Assembly: GCF_006345805.1 (NCBI RefSeq)
Contig: NC_043009.1
Span: 71,920,001 to 71,984,000, forward strand
DNA from: Octopus sinensis
Taxonomy: Eukaryota
Reading direction: 5' to 3'
Length of the DNA stretch: 64,000 bases
Under the pieces are notes generated by a model. It was not told where the DNA came from, did no database searches, and saw nothing but the letters and a program-made list of their open reading frames with translations. Shown in pieces: positions 12,761-26,059 of the stretch. The position numbers and the translations under genes were made by a program. Positions within the stretch are counted from its first letter, which is position 1. The number at the start of each line of letters is the position of its first letter.

Positions 12761-13620
12761 GCACCAACTAACCTGCACTGCAATAATTAGCCATATATAT
12801 ATCACCAATGAACTGCTTATGCATGAAGTAACCCAAGATAATGAAATTAATATTTACATATTTAATGCATTAGTTAATAAATTAAATGGTAACATTAACT
12901 TAATTATCGTTTCTCAAGGGGACCTAGTGATTTACTTTCGTAATATATACTAATTTATCCCATCAAATTACATATGATTAATTAATGGTAAAACTGTAAT
13001 CAGCCTGGTCACAGGTGTTCTGAAAAGCATTAAATATCTCTTTTAGCTTGAATAGAAGTTGTGATGTTCACACATTTTCATAAAAAGACTAGCAGAATGA
13101 GTCAAGCAGTTTTAACACACCGAAAACTCATCACTTTACCACAGCAGATGTTAAATATCTGGATGAAGTAACTACAAGACAGATTTTTAAATGCCATACA
13201 CGCACAAAGTTTTAAAGTTGGTGAAGAAAATTCTGAATTATTTCTTATAACAATGACTTTCTTTAGTTTTCATATTTGAGTGACAAATGTAATGTTTTAA
13301 GTCAATAAGGGTAGTGGATGACCTTGTTGAAATGTTGGTGGTTCTTTATCAACGATCGGTCATGTGGTCAGGACACTTGATACTCAAATGGCTCAGTTTA
13401 CCTGGCTGTAGTTAGGCATTAATGGAAGGAACACTCTACTTATCATAAGGTACAAAGCAAGGCACAGAATGTTTTAAGTCTGCTACCAGAAAATAGTTAA
13501 TTAAGGAACTTTTAACAAGGGTTCTGAAGTAGGTTGAGAAAGAAACAAAAATGCCAGTCAATGGCTTCATGATTTTATACAGATTAGAAATCATTCTTTC
13601 CATAGACAGAAGGTATACAT

Positions 13621-14016
13621 ATCTTTTATCTTTTCTTTCAGTCATTTGACTTCAGCTATGCTGGGGCACTGCCTTGAAAGGTTTTAGTCAAACAAATCAA
13701 CCCCAGGATTTTTTTTAAAACCTAATACTTATTCTATTGGTCTCTTTTGCCAAACTGTTAAGTTATGGGGATGTAAACACACCAACACCAGTCGTCAAAC
13801 AGTGGTGAAGGACAAATGTAGACACAAAGACCCCACACACACACGCACACATATATGCCGGGATTCTTTCAGTTTCCACCTACCAAATCTACTCACAAGG
13901 CTTTGGCCTGCCCATAGCTATAGAAGACACTTGTCCAAGGTGCCACACAATGGGATTGATCCCAGAACCATGTAGTTGGGAAGCAAGCTTCTTACCACAC
14001 AGCTATGCCAGTGCCT
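13621..14016 (-). mobile_element. SINE family B copy
   Basis: Reverse-complement match to 8268-8690 over its full length. Confidence 0.8.
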
Positions 14017-14024
14017 GTATATAT

Positions 14025-14240
14025 ATATATGTCTGGCACCTGTGCGGGTGGCACGTAAAAAGCACCCACTACACTCACGGAGTGGTTGACGTTAGGAAGG
14101 GCATCCAGCCGTAGAAACACTGCCAGATCTGACTGGGCCTGATGAAGCCTTCCAGCTTCACAGACCCCAGTTGAACCGTCCAACCCATGCTAGCATGGAG
14201 AATGGACGCTAAATGATGATGATGATGATGATGATGATGC
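14025..14240 (+). mobile_element. Short (GAT)n-tailed retroposon copy (family D; same sequence as the RTE 3' region)
   Basis: ggtggcacgtaaaaagcacccactacactcacggagtggttgacgttaggaagggcatccagc...ctaaatgatgatgat. Similar copies at about 5133-5445 (-), 17835-18030, 31785-31865 (-), 37790-38025, 38395-38660, 53620-53900, 60555-60680 and 61430-61610. Confidence 0.8.
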
Positions 14241-16199
14241 CATATACATCTATAGTATGTCAGTATGAAAGAGCCTGTACCCCATCCTCCAATCTATAAT
14301 CATCAACTATATCTATACCGGAATTCAGCATAAGTTGCCAACTCCAGAGAGCTCCAGTTACCAAATCATTGTTTCCCAATTTTTCAAAACCATTTTTGCC
14401 ATGTTGGCACTGGTTGAGAAGTCTACCTTAAATCATATTGCCATTTCTCTTAGTCCCATGTTGTTGTGTTTGAGATCTTACAGGACACTTTTTCACCAGG
14501 TATTTATCATTCCTTCACATTATATGTGTCTATATCAGCTCAATTATATCCCCATATTAGCTGATGTCCTTAACGTTGGCGGCACCTGCAGCTCATTTGT
14601 GTTCCACCATCCCTATTAGTTAACATAGCACATCCAACAGGCCATAACTGAGTAATTTCTTTCCAGTCTTTGGAAATATTCCACATTCAATGTCTACGTC
14701 TCACTAACGTGCATCACTACATTTCTTAGAAAAGCTTTGATGCCATCAGATGTTAGCTATTAATTGTACACTTTTCATTGCAGCCAGACTGACCAAATCA
14801 GTTGTGAGTTTTATGTCCTGGCCTTGAATAAGATGCAGCTGCAATAGGTGAGGTATGGACTATCAAGTCCACTTTTGCCGGTAACAGTATTAACGCTTTA
14901 TTAATTCAATGTTCTGTCTTGATAATATAGAAATTCAGATTCACTGTGTAAGACAGAAATACACACAAAAAAAAAAAAAACATTCACTAGAGAGACAGAT
15001 AAAATAAGTGGAGAAGGGTGTGCAATGTCTGTTTTGGCAGCAATCTTGAAACTCAACGAGGCAAATCTTATGCCACAAATTAGCTTAGATAAGAGCAATC
15101 GCTGAGAGAGAAGAGATATTTGTAAATAGAGTAAGAGATACAGAGAATTAAGATTCTCCAAAGGTAACAACTTTTGATTAATTTACTGCCAAAAGATCAA
15201 AAGTCCACAAAGCAAAACATATGTAACAAAATTCTATCTTCTATGAAATAAAAAAAGTGTTCATTACGTTTATCAGAAAATCACCTTTGCTTCTTGAAAG
15301 CAATGAGGTTCGTTAATTTAATATCAAGGAAAAAGTAACAGAAGTTGATTTACATTATTCTTGAATATCTTCCAAAGTAAAAGTGCACAAAAAAACTAAT
15401 AGCTAGATTTCTAAACAAAATATTATCATTAATTATATATACAAAAAAATTGTTTATATTATTTTTAAAAGAATCTGAGAGTTATAACCACAAGAGAGAA
15501 TATGTAGAACTAACAACAGACAAACAGTAACAGTTTCAACTTAATTGGGTTTCGTCAGATCCAATGCACTCAAACCATATGTGTTCTTTTAGTTACCCTG
15601 GTTATATATCAGTCAATATCTAGAGAAAGCAATCTGGTCGTGTAGGTTAGGTAATTAGTGTTTGAGAGAAATTATGTACCACACGACAGGATACAAGAAT
15701 TAATTTGATTAAGAAAGTATTTCTAGCTTTATTCTAAAACAGTTTAGTTTATACTTCAAGAATATTCATTTTGGTTATTGACAGATATATATAAACAGCC
15801 TGTGGTTTTAACAAGAACAAAGCTAATGAGATACCCAACAAGGTTGAAATTGTGATCTTTTGATTATTTGACCCAAATGTTTGTTCCAAAAGGCTTTTAA
15901 TTCCAATTTTTTCTGTTTTTTTAGAGCAGAGCTAGAAATAGCCATTATTGTGAATATTCATGACATGCATTCAGGAGTTATAAAATTATTGGTTATAAGT
16001 TTCCAAAAAGCCAATTCTTTTCTTACATTTAATTTATTCATGTGTTCTCTAGTAGTACATCATAAGAACAACGGTCACGTTTCGCCCATTTCAGGATGCT
16101 TGTCAATACCGTGCACCCTCTAGTCACTCTCACAGGTGAAAGTCATGCTTTGATACAACCTCATTATCATGCCTTTCAACAATCCCTGTACATTTAGTA

Positions 16200-16525
16200 T
16201 CAAAACAACTGGCACCCCATTGGCTACAATGATGAGGGTTCCACTTGACCTGAATAGTGGAACAGCTTGCTCATGAAATTAATGTGCAGGTGGCTGAGCC
16301 CTCCACAGGCACACACATCCTTAACATAGTTCACAGAGAGACACAGTGTGACACAGAATGTGACAAGGCTGGCCCTTTGAAATACAGGTGCTATTCATTT
16401 TTGCCATTTGCATCGACTGGAGTAATGTGAAATAAAGGGTCTTGCTCAAGAACACAACATGGAATCGAACTCACGACCTTATGACCATGAGCCAAATAGC
16501 CTACCCACCAAGCCACAGACCTTCA
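16200..16525 (-). mobile_element. tRNA-derived SINE, same family as 160-528 (diverged)
   Basis: Reverse complement shares the blocks ttcatgagcaagctgttcc, tcaaagggccagccttgtcac and a tRNA-like head. Confidence 0.65.
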
Positions 16526-18784
16526 CTGATTTTCAGATATAATGGTTCTAAAATATGACCATGTTTGTGATGTTCTCCTCAAAGATGAATGAGACATTTC
16601 TGGAACCAAAATTTCTTTTAGAAATAAAAAAAATAAAGGCTAGGAAGTACAATGCCTACCAACTTTGCCAGAAAGTTATAGATTTGTTAAGATTACCAAA
16701 TCTGTACCAGAAGGACTTGCCTTTTTCTTTAGATATATATTTCAGTCTTGTGTAACAGGAAATATTTTACAAGTCCCAAATTACATGACAAAAAGGTACT
16801 CTACTGAAACTGTAGTCCACCAAAGAAACATTAAAATAATTCCTTTCCTCTGACTATTAGTACCTTACACTAAATTCAGAACAGGTCAAATAGGGAGCCT
16901 AATATCATCATCATCATTGTTCGACCATGGTCGAGACAATGGAATTTACTATGTTACACCAGACCTCACGGTCCATCATAGCATTACGGAGGTCCTGTTG
17001 CTGGATGCCTGTATCCCTGGAGGGATATATACAACATATATACAGCCTAATATACAACAGCACAACTTGCTAGAAATGGCAGCTAAATCAGTCTATTGTC
17101 TTAGAACAAAAAGCCAATGTAGTTAATAATGTAGTCCTAGTTAAAGTATGGTTGAAAAAAAAATGGAAGGTTTATGGTTGGAACCACACATCCACTCAAT
17201 CAGAAATGACTAAAGTCTAAATAACATTCAGAAGAAAATACACACAAACTTGATCAATAAATTCTTTCACTAAATCTCTTCAATCATTAATCTAAACTGT
17301 TCTCAGTTTGTTCTGTCTCTTATGGTTCAATAGAATAGCAACCAAGACTTCAGATTATCCAATTCCAGTGGTTGTTTATGTCTACTCAATACACCCACCA
17401 CTCAAACTTGTTGTCAATTGGTATTATTTCCATCATTAATTTTGTAATCACTCATTCTACATCATTCATTTACCTTAAATCTCTGATCCAAGGTTCCAAA
17501 GTTGACTCAACTGATATCCTTCACTAAACACAGTTAAGGAATAAATAAATAAAACTTTCACCATTATGAGGCAAGGTAAGGGTTCACAGATCAGCTCAAC
17601 TTTTTTTTGTTCTGATTGCTTTAACGTTCAGTTTTGCCCCTTATCAAATGACTAGGCAGACCAATCAGCCAATTTCTGGGCTAGAAAAATAAAGGGATTT
17701 TTTCAAGAATAAACATACTTTTTTATGCCAACTGAAAGTCAATATTTTTACAAACCTTTGGCATTATGTCGTGCTTGAGAAGACTTATCAAGTTCAACAA
17801 AATCACAGTCGTGACAGATACTGGTGTCACACAAATGGCACCCATACCAGAGGCATGTAAAAGCACCCATTACACTCTTGGAGTGGTTGGCATTAGGAAG
17901 TGCATCCACCCATAGGAAACTATGCCAAATCAGACTGGTATTTGGTGCAGCCTTCCAGCTTACCATCCTCGTCAAACCATCCAACCCATGTCAGCATGGA
18001 CAACAGATGTTAAATGATGATGATGATGGTGGTGGTGGTGGTGGTGCCACATAAAAATTTTACAGGTGCTGGTGCTACATAAAAAGCAACCAGTCCACAC
18101 TGTGTAAAGCGGTTGGCATTAGGAAGGGCATGAAACAGTAGAAACATGCCAAAGCAAGACTATGCAACCTGGTGCAGCTCTCCAGCCCTGCCAACATAGA
18201 AAACAGACATTAAATGATGAAATTTATTGTCATATCATTTGGAAACAGTTGTTTTCTTTACTATAGAGAAAGTATTAGTAAAAAAATTAACCTCAAAAGT
18301 GTTAATTAATAAATTGTTTAACCTTTATGAGAGGACTGTATTAATCTATCAATCAGACGAACCCTTTTTGTGCTAGAAACAAGATAGACATTTCTTCAAG
18401 AATTGTATATAGTTTCCTTATGATATCAAATACCCTTTTCACATTTTAAACAATAACATCATTATTTTTCTCATATCTTATAAAGATGCAACACTTTTTA
18501 TCAGTAAGCTTTGTCTCCAAAAGGTTAAGAATCAACCATCAAAGATTTCCATATCATTCCTACCGATTAACAGATTTCTTCATTTTCAGACCAGATGATA
18601 ATTCTCTTGGAGTGATGAGAGATGCAATGATGAATGATGGCATATTATCGTCTTTGATGTTTCGTTTAGAAAGAAAACACAAGTCTCAGCTGTAGATAGT
18701 TTTATTGACTGCTGTGCTGGAAGAAGGCAAGTTTAGCATAAGAGATGCTGCATAAGGCCTAACATGCATGCTTGTGTTTGTGTA

Positions 18785-18977
18785 GGAGAAAGGAAGAGAG
18801 AGAGAGAGAGACGGAATGAGATAACAGCAACAAAAACAACAACAACAACAATAATAATATAATAGATAGACTCAGACAGACAGATGAACAGATAGATAGA
18901 CAAACAGATAAATGGACAGATAGGCAGACAGACAGGAAGACAGACAGAGAGGCAGACACACAGCTAGACAGACTGAC

Positions 18978-19051
<74 letters not shown>

Positions 19052-19075
19052 AGAGAGAGAGAGAGAGAGAGAAAG
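18785..19075 (+). repeat. Compound (AG)n/(AAC)n/(AGAC)n/(AGAT)n microsatellite
   Basis: Directly visible tandem repeats. Confidence 0.95.
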
Positions 19076-22021
19076 ACTTAAGAATACAACCATGTGGTCA
19101 CTATTATTATAATTCTATATTAAATTAAGAAACTGTAAAACAACTTCCTGCTCGTTAAAAGTTGTTTTATCCCAAATTAGTTTTAATTAAGCAGAATGAC
19201 GAGGAAAATGTTCGAGCTTGACTATATATCCCAATGAGCTTCTTTTCATTTAAAGGTGTTGGGGTGAAGTTTGAGGGGAATTTAGCTGCTATTTCTAGTA
19301 GTATGAGTTACTACGTAGAAGCTCACTCATTGGATCCTCCTCCTCATTAGTTACATAGTATGGTTGTTTTGAGACATTATCAGCAAAAGAGAAAAAAATA
19401 GAAGAGGCACATGGCAAAATGGACAACTGGGTTGGAAATTGCAAGTAATCTTATAGATTAGCAGCCACTCTCTGAATATGGGACTTTGAAAAGCTCCACT
19501 TCCCTCACAACACACACACAAATGTTGCATTAACAGTATGTGTTCTTATCTTATACTGACCTGCAGAAAATGTCTCTATATTTTAAGCCAACACCAAACA
19601 TAGAAAGAGATTTTCTTGCTGTTATATACAATATTTTCATAGATGTCAACCAGATCAGTTTTAATTCTGCATTAGAATTTCATCATCAAATGAGTACCTT
19701 CTTTAACTGGCGACACAGCCTAGAAATCCATATATTGTACAGAAAGACAGGTGTTTACATCTGACTATATACAATATTAACAAAAAAAAATCTATAGATA
19801 TATAGATATGGTCGTTGAGTAAAGCATACATACAGAGAGACATGCATACTCTCGCTTTTTTTTTTTTTTAATCTGTTTAATGTGTGAAAACCAAATGTTT
19901 ACCTTTGTTTAGAGAATGGATCACAGTAAACAAGCAAGCAATAAGGGGGAAAAAATGAAGACAATTATAACATCATGCTGGAAAAATTAAAAGAATAAGG
20001 AGATGAAATACACACACACATACGTACGTACGTATGTATGTGTGTATGTATGTAAATGTATGTATGAATGAATGTATGTATGAATGTATGTGTGTATTTC
20101 TATTTTTTGCTTTGTTTTCGTCAATAATCAGCTAATATCATGGCTTGATATTTTCCCACGGTTTGTTAAAACATAAACTTGTCTGATGTTATCATAATGT
20201 ATTTCTGTACACGGTCTCATAGCAACCACACAATTTATAGCATTTTGTTCGTCTTCCCCCACTTGCTTGATCATTACTGTAGAAACAAAACGAACATGTG
20301 ACTCTCTCGTTAAAGCTTCTTTCAGTCGTGACCGAGCATCCATCTCCACCTGGAAAGTTCCTGAGCAGTTGCCCATGGGTAGATCTCACTTCTCCATGCT
20401 GTTGATGTTTTCTTATGGAAAGACAAGGGCACACACAGCTTAGCAGCAGTGTCAAAGGAGGTGAATTCAGAACAGGGAACTGGAACAAATACCACAAGGC
20501 ATTTTGTCTCTTGCTCTAGAAGTTTTACAAATCTACACCAGTAACGTAGTAGTAGTAGTAGTATGGGGTGGGGTGGGGACATGCACTGCAACAGTGCATT
20601 GCTGCATCCACCATTTGTTGGGGATTCCCTACTATTCATGGAAGATGGCACTTCTGCACCAATCAGACGACGACCCTCCAACCCATGGGTCTGTTTGGGT
20701 AGTCATTGCTGGCAAGGCTTTTACAAGGTCAGAGTGCAAGTCTTACCTCAACCTCTTTTAGTCACCTTTCAAGACATGCAGAGTAAACATTGGGTCTATT
20801 CTTTGGCATGCCAGTCCCCACACAACATTAGCCTAAAGTAAAATGAAGAGTTTTGCTCAAGAACACAACACACTACCTAGTTCAGGAATTGAACCCCTGA
20901 CTTGATGATCATGAATCCAACACCTTAACCACTGGGCCACATACCTTCACACCACTCATGTAACCAGTTCTAACCAACAAAGAAACTTGCCTCTGAGAAA
21001 GTTCAATCAAAGAAAGTTCAAACCAACAAAGAAACTTGCCTCTGAGCTTGATTGTAACCATAGTAACAAAACAATGATGAGACCAGAGTTTTTATTTGAC
21101 CCCAGGTTATTGATCAGAGCTGACCTGTGACTCTGATTGATCATACCTATGACCACTGGCATTCAAGCCATAACCACTCATTCTTTTTCAGTCATAGTAT
21201 CTTTATTCCTTACCACATTACCCAATAGAGAGTGGTTCAAGTTTAATTTGGCTGCTATTTCTACTATATCGAGTTACCCCAAAGAGACTTCTCCATTGAC
21301 TTGATAGTTTCCTTAAAAACAAAACTGTTATGTGACCACAGTCATATAAATATAACTGATATTGATCCAACCAGACAGCCTCTATGTTTTATAGTTACCA
21401 TAGAAACAAAATTGTCTTGTGGTCACAGTAATAAACTGCCATTGCACCAGTCTCCATGTTTCCTACACAAACAAAAATGTAATGTGGCAATAGTAACAAA
21501 TAGAAGTGAGTAGAACAGGTCTCCTGAATCAACACTGTCCTGCATCTAAACAATAATAGAAATAATTAACCAATTTTAATGATGATAATACAAAATTCCT
21601 GCACTAAAAAATCCTATCATAAAGTTTATGATGTGTTAACATGCTCCTCTTTTAATTCACTGTTATTATTTTACATAATGGGATTCAAACGCTGACACCT
21701 TTCCAAATTTCAATAAATATTGTTTCAAGAATAAAGTTTCGAAAGTAGAGGAATTTGAAGGCTTGCTTTGGTACAATGATAGAATGATTGTATTGTCTGC
21801 AGGAGATGTAGGTTCAATCCCATAGTCAGCCTTCGACATTTTCTATTGAAAAGGGTCATTCAGCCCAACATTTGCATGCTACTGCTTATAGCTTTGTCAG
21901 TTTCAAGATCCATTGTTCCACAAAAGAATTGTTTCACTTTTCACAAAAGTTTATAATGACAACAATATGCAATTCTTGTTGAGAAGAACAAAGTTTCTAA
22001 ACTGAATAGAAAAATTTGAAG

Positions 22022-22093
22022 GATTGCTTTGGCCCAGTGATAGAACACAAGTCATGTCCGCAGGAGATGTGGGTTCAAGTCCCACAGGCAGCT
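22022..22093 (+). pseudogene. tRNA-like pseudogene (second of two tandem diverged copies; first at 21761-21831)
   Basis: Cloverleaf spacing with A-box TGGCCCAGTG and a perfect T-arm GTGGG-TTCAAGT-CCCAC. The acceptor-like 3' end AGGCAGC is followed by T-runs. The anticodon stem is broken. Confidence 0.5.
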
Positions 22094-22369
22094 TTTGACT
22101 TTTTCTTTTCAAAAGGGGTTTTTTTTTCAGCCCAATATCTACATGCTATTGTTTATAGCTTTCTATGTGCCTTGAGCTCCAATTCCAAAAAATATTTATT
22201 TCACATTCTGTCAAAAATTTAGATTCTTATGAAGTCAATAAAACTAGATAAACAATACTCAAAAAGTATGAAAAAATTGTAAAACAAATTACTTATCACT
22301 TTCCCTGTTGATTTTATATTACCCAATTCACACACATTTACTTGCTCTCTCAGTGTGTGTGTGTGTGTG

Positions 22370-23235
22370 CAGGGTGCAATGGGTAAACTGTCACCATTTT
22401 ATATTTTTTATTTTGCACATGTGCAGTGTTTGTTTTTGATTTTATCAACTACACAGTATAGTAGGGTCAGTTGAGCACTGTTTGTAAAAAAAACAGCACC
22501 ATATCGCAATTCACTCTCCCAGAAATTTGAAAACATCATGCTGTACTGCTTGGCATTCAAGCCAGAAGCTCCAATACAAACATTTCAGATTGTGTGGGTG
22601 TCAATCTGAGAACAGCGCAATCTGAGGACATGTACCAAGAGTGATAAAAATCAAGCATCTAGTCAACATCATAGTGTTTGGAGTGATCACTAGTGATGAT
22701 GACATTATGCCTCTATTGATCTTCCCATACAACCTCAGACAAAAAAGGTCTACATCAAATACCTGGAGGAGGTAGTGCTGCCCTGGATCAAGAGAGTGGC
22801 TGCTGGAACACCCTATATTTGGTAACAGGACTCTGCACCATGGCATATAAGCAGGAGAACCCAGTTATGGCTGTCAGACAATTTCTACGACCACATCACC
22901 CCTGACATCAGGCCACTTAACTCCTACACTGCAACTCACTTAAGTGTGGGGCACAGTTGAGTGAGAGACCAACAAAACTCCCTGTAACACCAAAGATGAA
23001 CTGAAGGCAAGGATTATGGCAGCATTCACCAACTTAAATAAGGAGACCATCCAAAAGAGTTGCAGGAGATTCTGAAGACATCTAGAGGCTGTGATTGAAG
23101 TAAATCGTGATTTTATTGAATAAATTTACTCAAGATATTCTTATGTAATTTTGGTAAATATATCTGTTAAAATGAGATGTCAGTGGTATTTTCATTTTTG
23201 CGTAATTTAGATGACAGTTTATTCACCGTGCCTTG
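22370..23235 (+). mobile_element. Internally deleted Tc1/mariner-superfamily transposon (maT/DD37D-like) pseudogene with TIRs
   Basis: TIRs CAGGGTGCAATGGGTAAACTGTCAC and reverse-complemented CAAGGCACGGTGAATAAACTGTCAT. Decayed transposase KH..NIIVFGVITSD..MP..IFP...YIKYLEEVVLPWIKRVAAG.PYIW*QDSAPWH...WLSDNF...VWG.VE.ETNKTPCNTKDELKARI...RF*RHLEAVIE. Confidence 0.85.
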
Positions 23236-23250
23236 TGTGTGTGTGTGCGA

Positions 23251-23293
<43 letters not shown>

Positions 23294-23319
23294 TACCCAC
23301 ACCCACACATAAATAAATA

Positions 23320-23816
23320 TCTATTATATAAAATCCGTTCTGTCTGTCTGTGTGAGTGTCTTCTAGAATCTTGGGCATCCTCCATCCGATTGCGCTCAAA
23401 TTTGATATGTAGATACCGACGATATCAGGGTGCGTATAAGTCTTGAAATAATTACAAAAATCGATTCCAAGTGAGAATGCGATCAATAAAGCCGTGGGAA
23501 CATGCATTTGTATGTGCAAGTACATCAACTGTTGTGTACTGTTTCAACCATGTTTGTGTTCTCCCAGTCAACAGCCTTATCATTACTGGTACTTTAAACT
23601 CTTCGGTTGCATATTTGTGTGAATAAAATCGTTTTTCTTTGGAACAGAAAAAAAACTCTATCTTTATTTCTTCTTTTGCTGGTGTCTCAAATTTAGGTTA
23701 AATCAGGGTTTCTCAAAGGGGAGGCCTATGGGATGGTCGGACAAGTTGTTTTGAGAAAATTTGGTTTAAATGTTTGACAACTCAGCACCGTCCATTGGAC
23801 AGGGGATGTTTTGCTC

Positions 23817-23818
<2 letters not shown>
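23320..23818 (+). mobile_element. Probable degenerate non-autonomous Helitron-like element
   Basis: Starts A|TCTATTATATAAAA, followed by (CTGT)n. Late hairpin GTCCA-T-TGGAC. The 3' CTAG is not intact. Confidence 0.45.
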
Positions 23819-23853
<35 letters not shown>

Positions 23854-24558
23854 TATTTATATATATATATATATACATACACACATTTATATATATGCTA
23901 GTAGCCCAACCCATGCTAGCATGGAAAGCAGACGCTAAATGATGTTGTAAATGAGGGCCACTGTCATACAAGCACTCATTTCTAGTATTCTACAAAAGCA
24001 CAACAAGCCACAGGGAAATATTACTTTGCAGGTAAACAGGAAGGGTATCCAATAAAACAAAAATCTGCCACAAACTCTGACCCATTAAAATTATGATAAT
24101 GATACATGCACACACACACTCCCTCTCCTCCTCCTTCCTTTCTATGATCTCTATGGTTCTTTCTCACAATGTGTATAGCATTCATTTATTTATTGTCTGC
24201 CACCAAGCCTAGTATGTGTACTTATTCTGCATCTCTCCCACTCACTCTATATGATGTAAAGTGTGACTGGAAAAAAAAAAACAACATTTATATTGGCTAT
24301 TATTACTATTATTATTATTATTATTATTATGAAGGTATCATGTTGACAGAATCGTTAGAACGCCAGGTGAAATGCGTAGTGGTATTTTGTCTGCTGCTAT
24401 ATTCTGAGTTCAAATTCCACCAAGGTCAACTTTGCCTTTCATCCTTTAGGGGTCAATAAATTAAGTGCCAGTGAAGCACTGGGGTTGATGTAATTGACTA
24501 GTCCCCTCCTCCAAAATTTCAGGCCTTGTGCCTTCAGTAGAAAGGATTATTATTATTA

Positions 24559-24589
<31 letters not shown>

Positions 24590-26059
24590 CAGGAACCTTT
24601 CGTAATGCCTCCCCCTATTGGGAGTTTTTCGTTGTTATAATTTTTTATTGTTACACTATTTTTACATGGTTTTTTTACAAACGGACAAAACCCTTTGTAA
24701 CCTTTCGTCCTGTTTTGTCCCTTTTTTGTTATAATTAATTTTTGTCAGCCCTTGTGGCCAATAAAAGAATTAATTATTATTATTATTATTATTATTATTT
24801 CAGTGGGATAAAAGCACTTTACTAATACTGCAAGTGATACAGTTGGTGACACTGAAGCTGATGATAATGAATCTGTCACCGACAGGCCATAAAAATTTAA
24901 AGATATTTTATTTGACACAAGGGTAACAGATGAAGAAAACATTACAAGAACAAATTACTTACATGGTGGAGGGGGGGGACGATTATGCAAAGAAAGAAAA
25001 TGGCATGGAGAATGAAAGTCTTCAAAAGCATGAAAAGTGACATCCCACCAAGGGACAGCCACAGAACCAGAATCACACCAATCACTAAAGGAAAGTGCCC
25101 TCACACAGTGCTTTCTATGGTCTTCAGGTGCACACTGAGAGGAGACCCTTTGCACTCACTCTCATCCCCAAGTGGAACTCAAAAAGAAGTTGAAGAATTT
25201 TTGACCAAAAGGGAAAATTTTGGCATTTTTCTAATCATCCGGCAGTAGAGGAATTGATTTTTGCATTTGACATACTGTAACAAAACTGTTAACAGTTGAT
25301 TTGCCAGCAGCAGTATTGGCACTGTTAATGGTGTTACTGTCAATGCTGGTAGTGGTGGTGGCGGCGGCAGTGGTTGTGTTGGTAGAATTGGCAGATGTAT
25401 TGTTGCTGCTGTTAATCTTCATATTTTCATTGTTCTCTTTGTCAATATTGCTGTTCTTTTCTTTACTTTTCTTGTCATCACGCTTGTTGTTGTTGTCACT
25501 GCTATTTATTGCAGCAGTGGTGGTGGAGGTGGTGGTGATAGTGGTAATGCCCCTGTTGCCATCTATCTTTTCATTTTTGGTGCCGCTGTTGCTGTTGTTG
25601 CTGTTGCTGCAGCTGATGATGATGGTTTTGTTATTGCCATTGCTGCCACATATGGCCATGGTGGTAGTGGTGGTCAGCAAGTTGTATTTCTTTCTTTGTG
25701 CAGCATGTTGTTGCTGCTGCTGCTGCTGCTGCTGCTGACATAAAGACTACATCTTGAGCCCCCAAGGAGAGTAGTGAGAAGAAGCAGTGGGAAATCAGTT
25801 TTTGCAATGGCTATTGCAACAACCATATATCATACCATATTTTTGTTTTAAAAGAATAGATTCAAGAGAAAGTTAACATATTCAACATATTCTACTCCAA
25901 AGAGCCATAACAAAATGGAACAGACCAGTTCCTTAGTAGCCTGGTCAGTTGAATAATAAACACAATTTTTAAACGCAGCTAAAAATTTACGACTGATTCA
26001 AACGGACATTCTGCTAATACAAAAACAAAATGACAATAACAACAACAATAATTATAATA

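Noticed and set aside
18590-18695. Plus-strand acceptor ttcattttcag followed by PDDNSLGVMRDAMMNDG...* (possible antisense terminal exon)
   Set aside because: No partner exons or recognisable homology; such short frames arise by chance.
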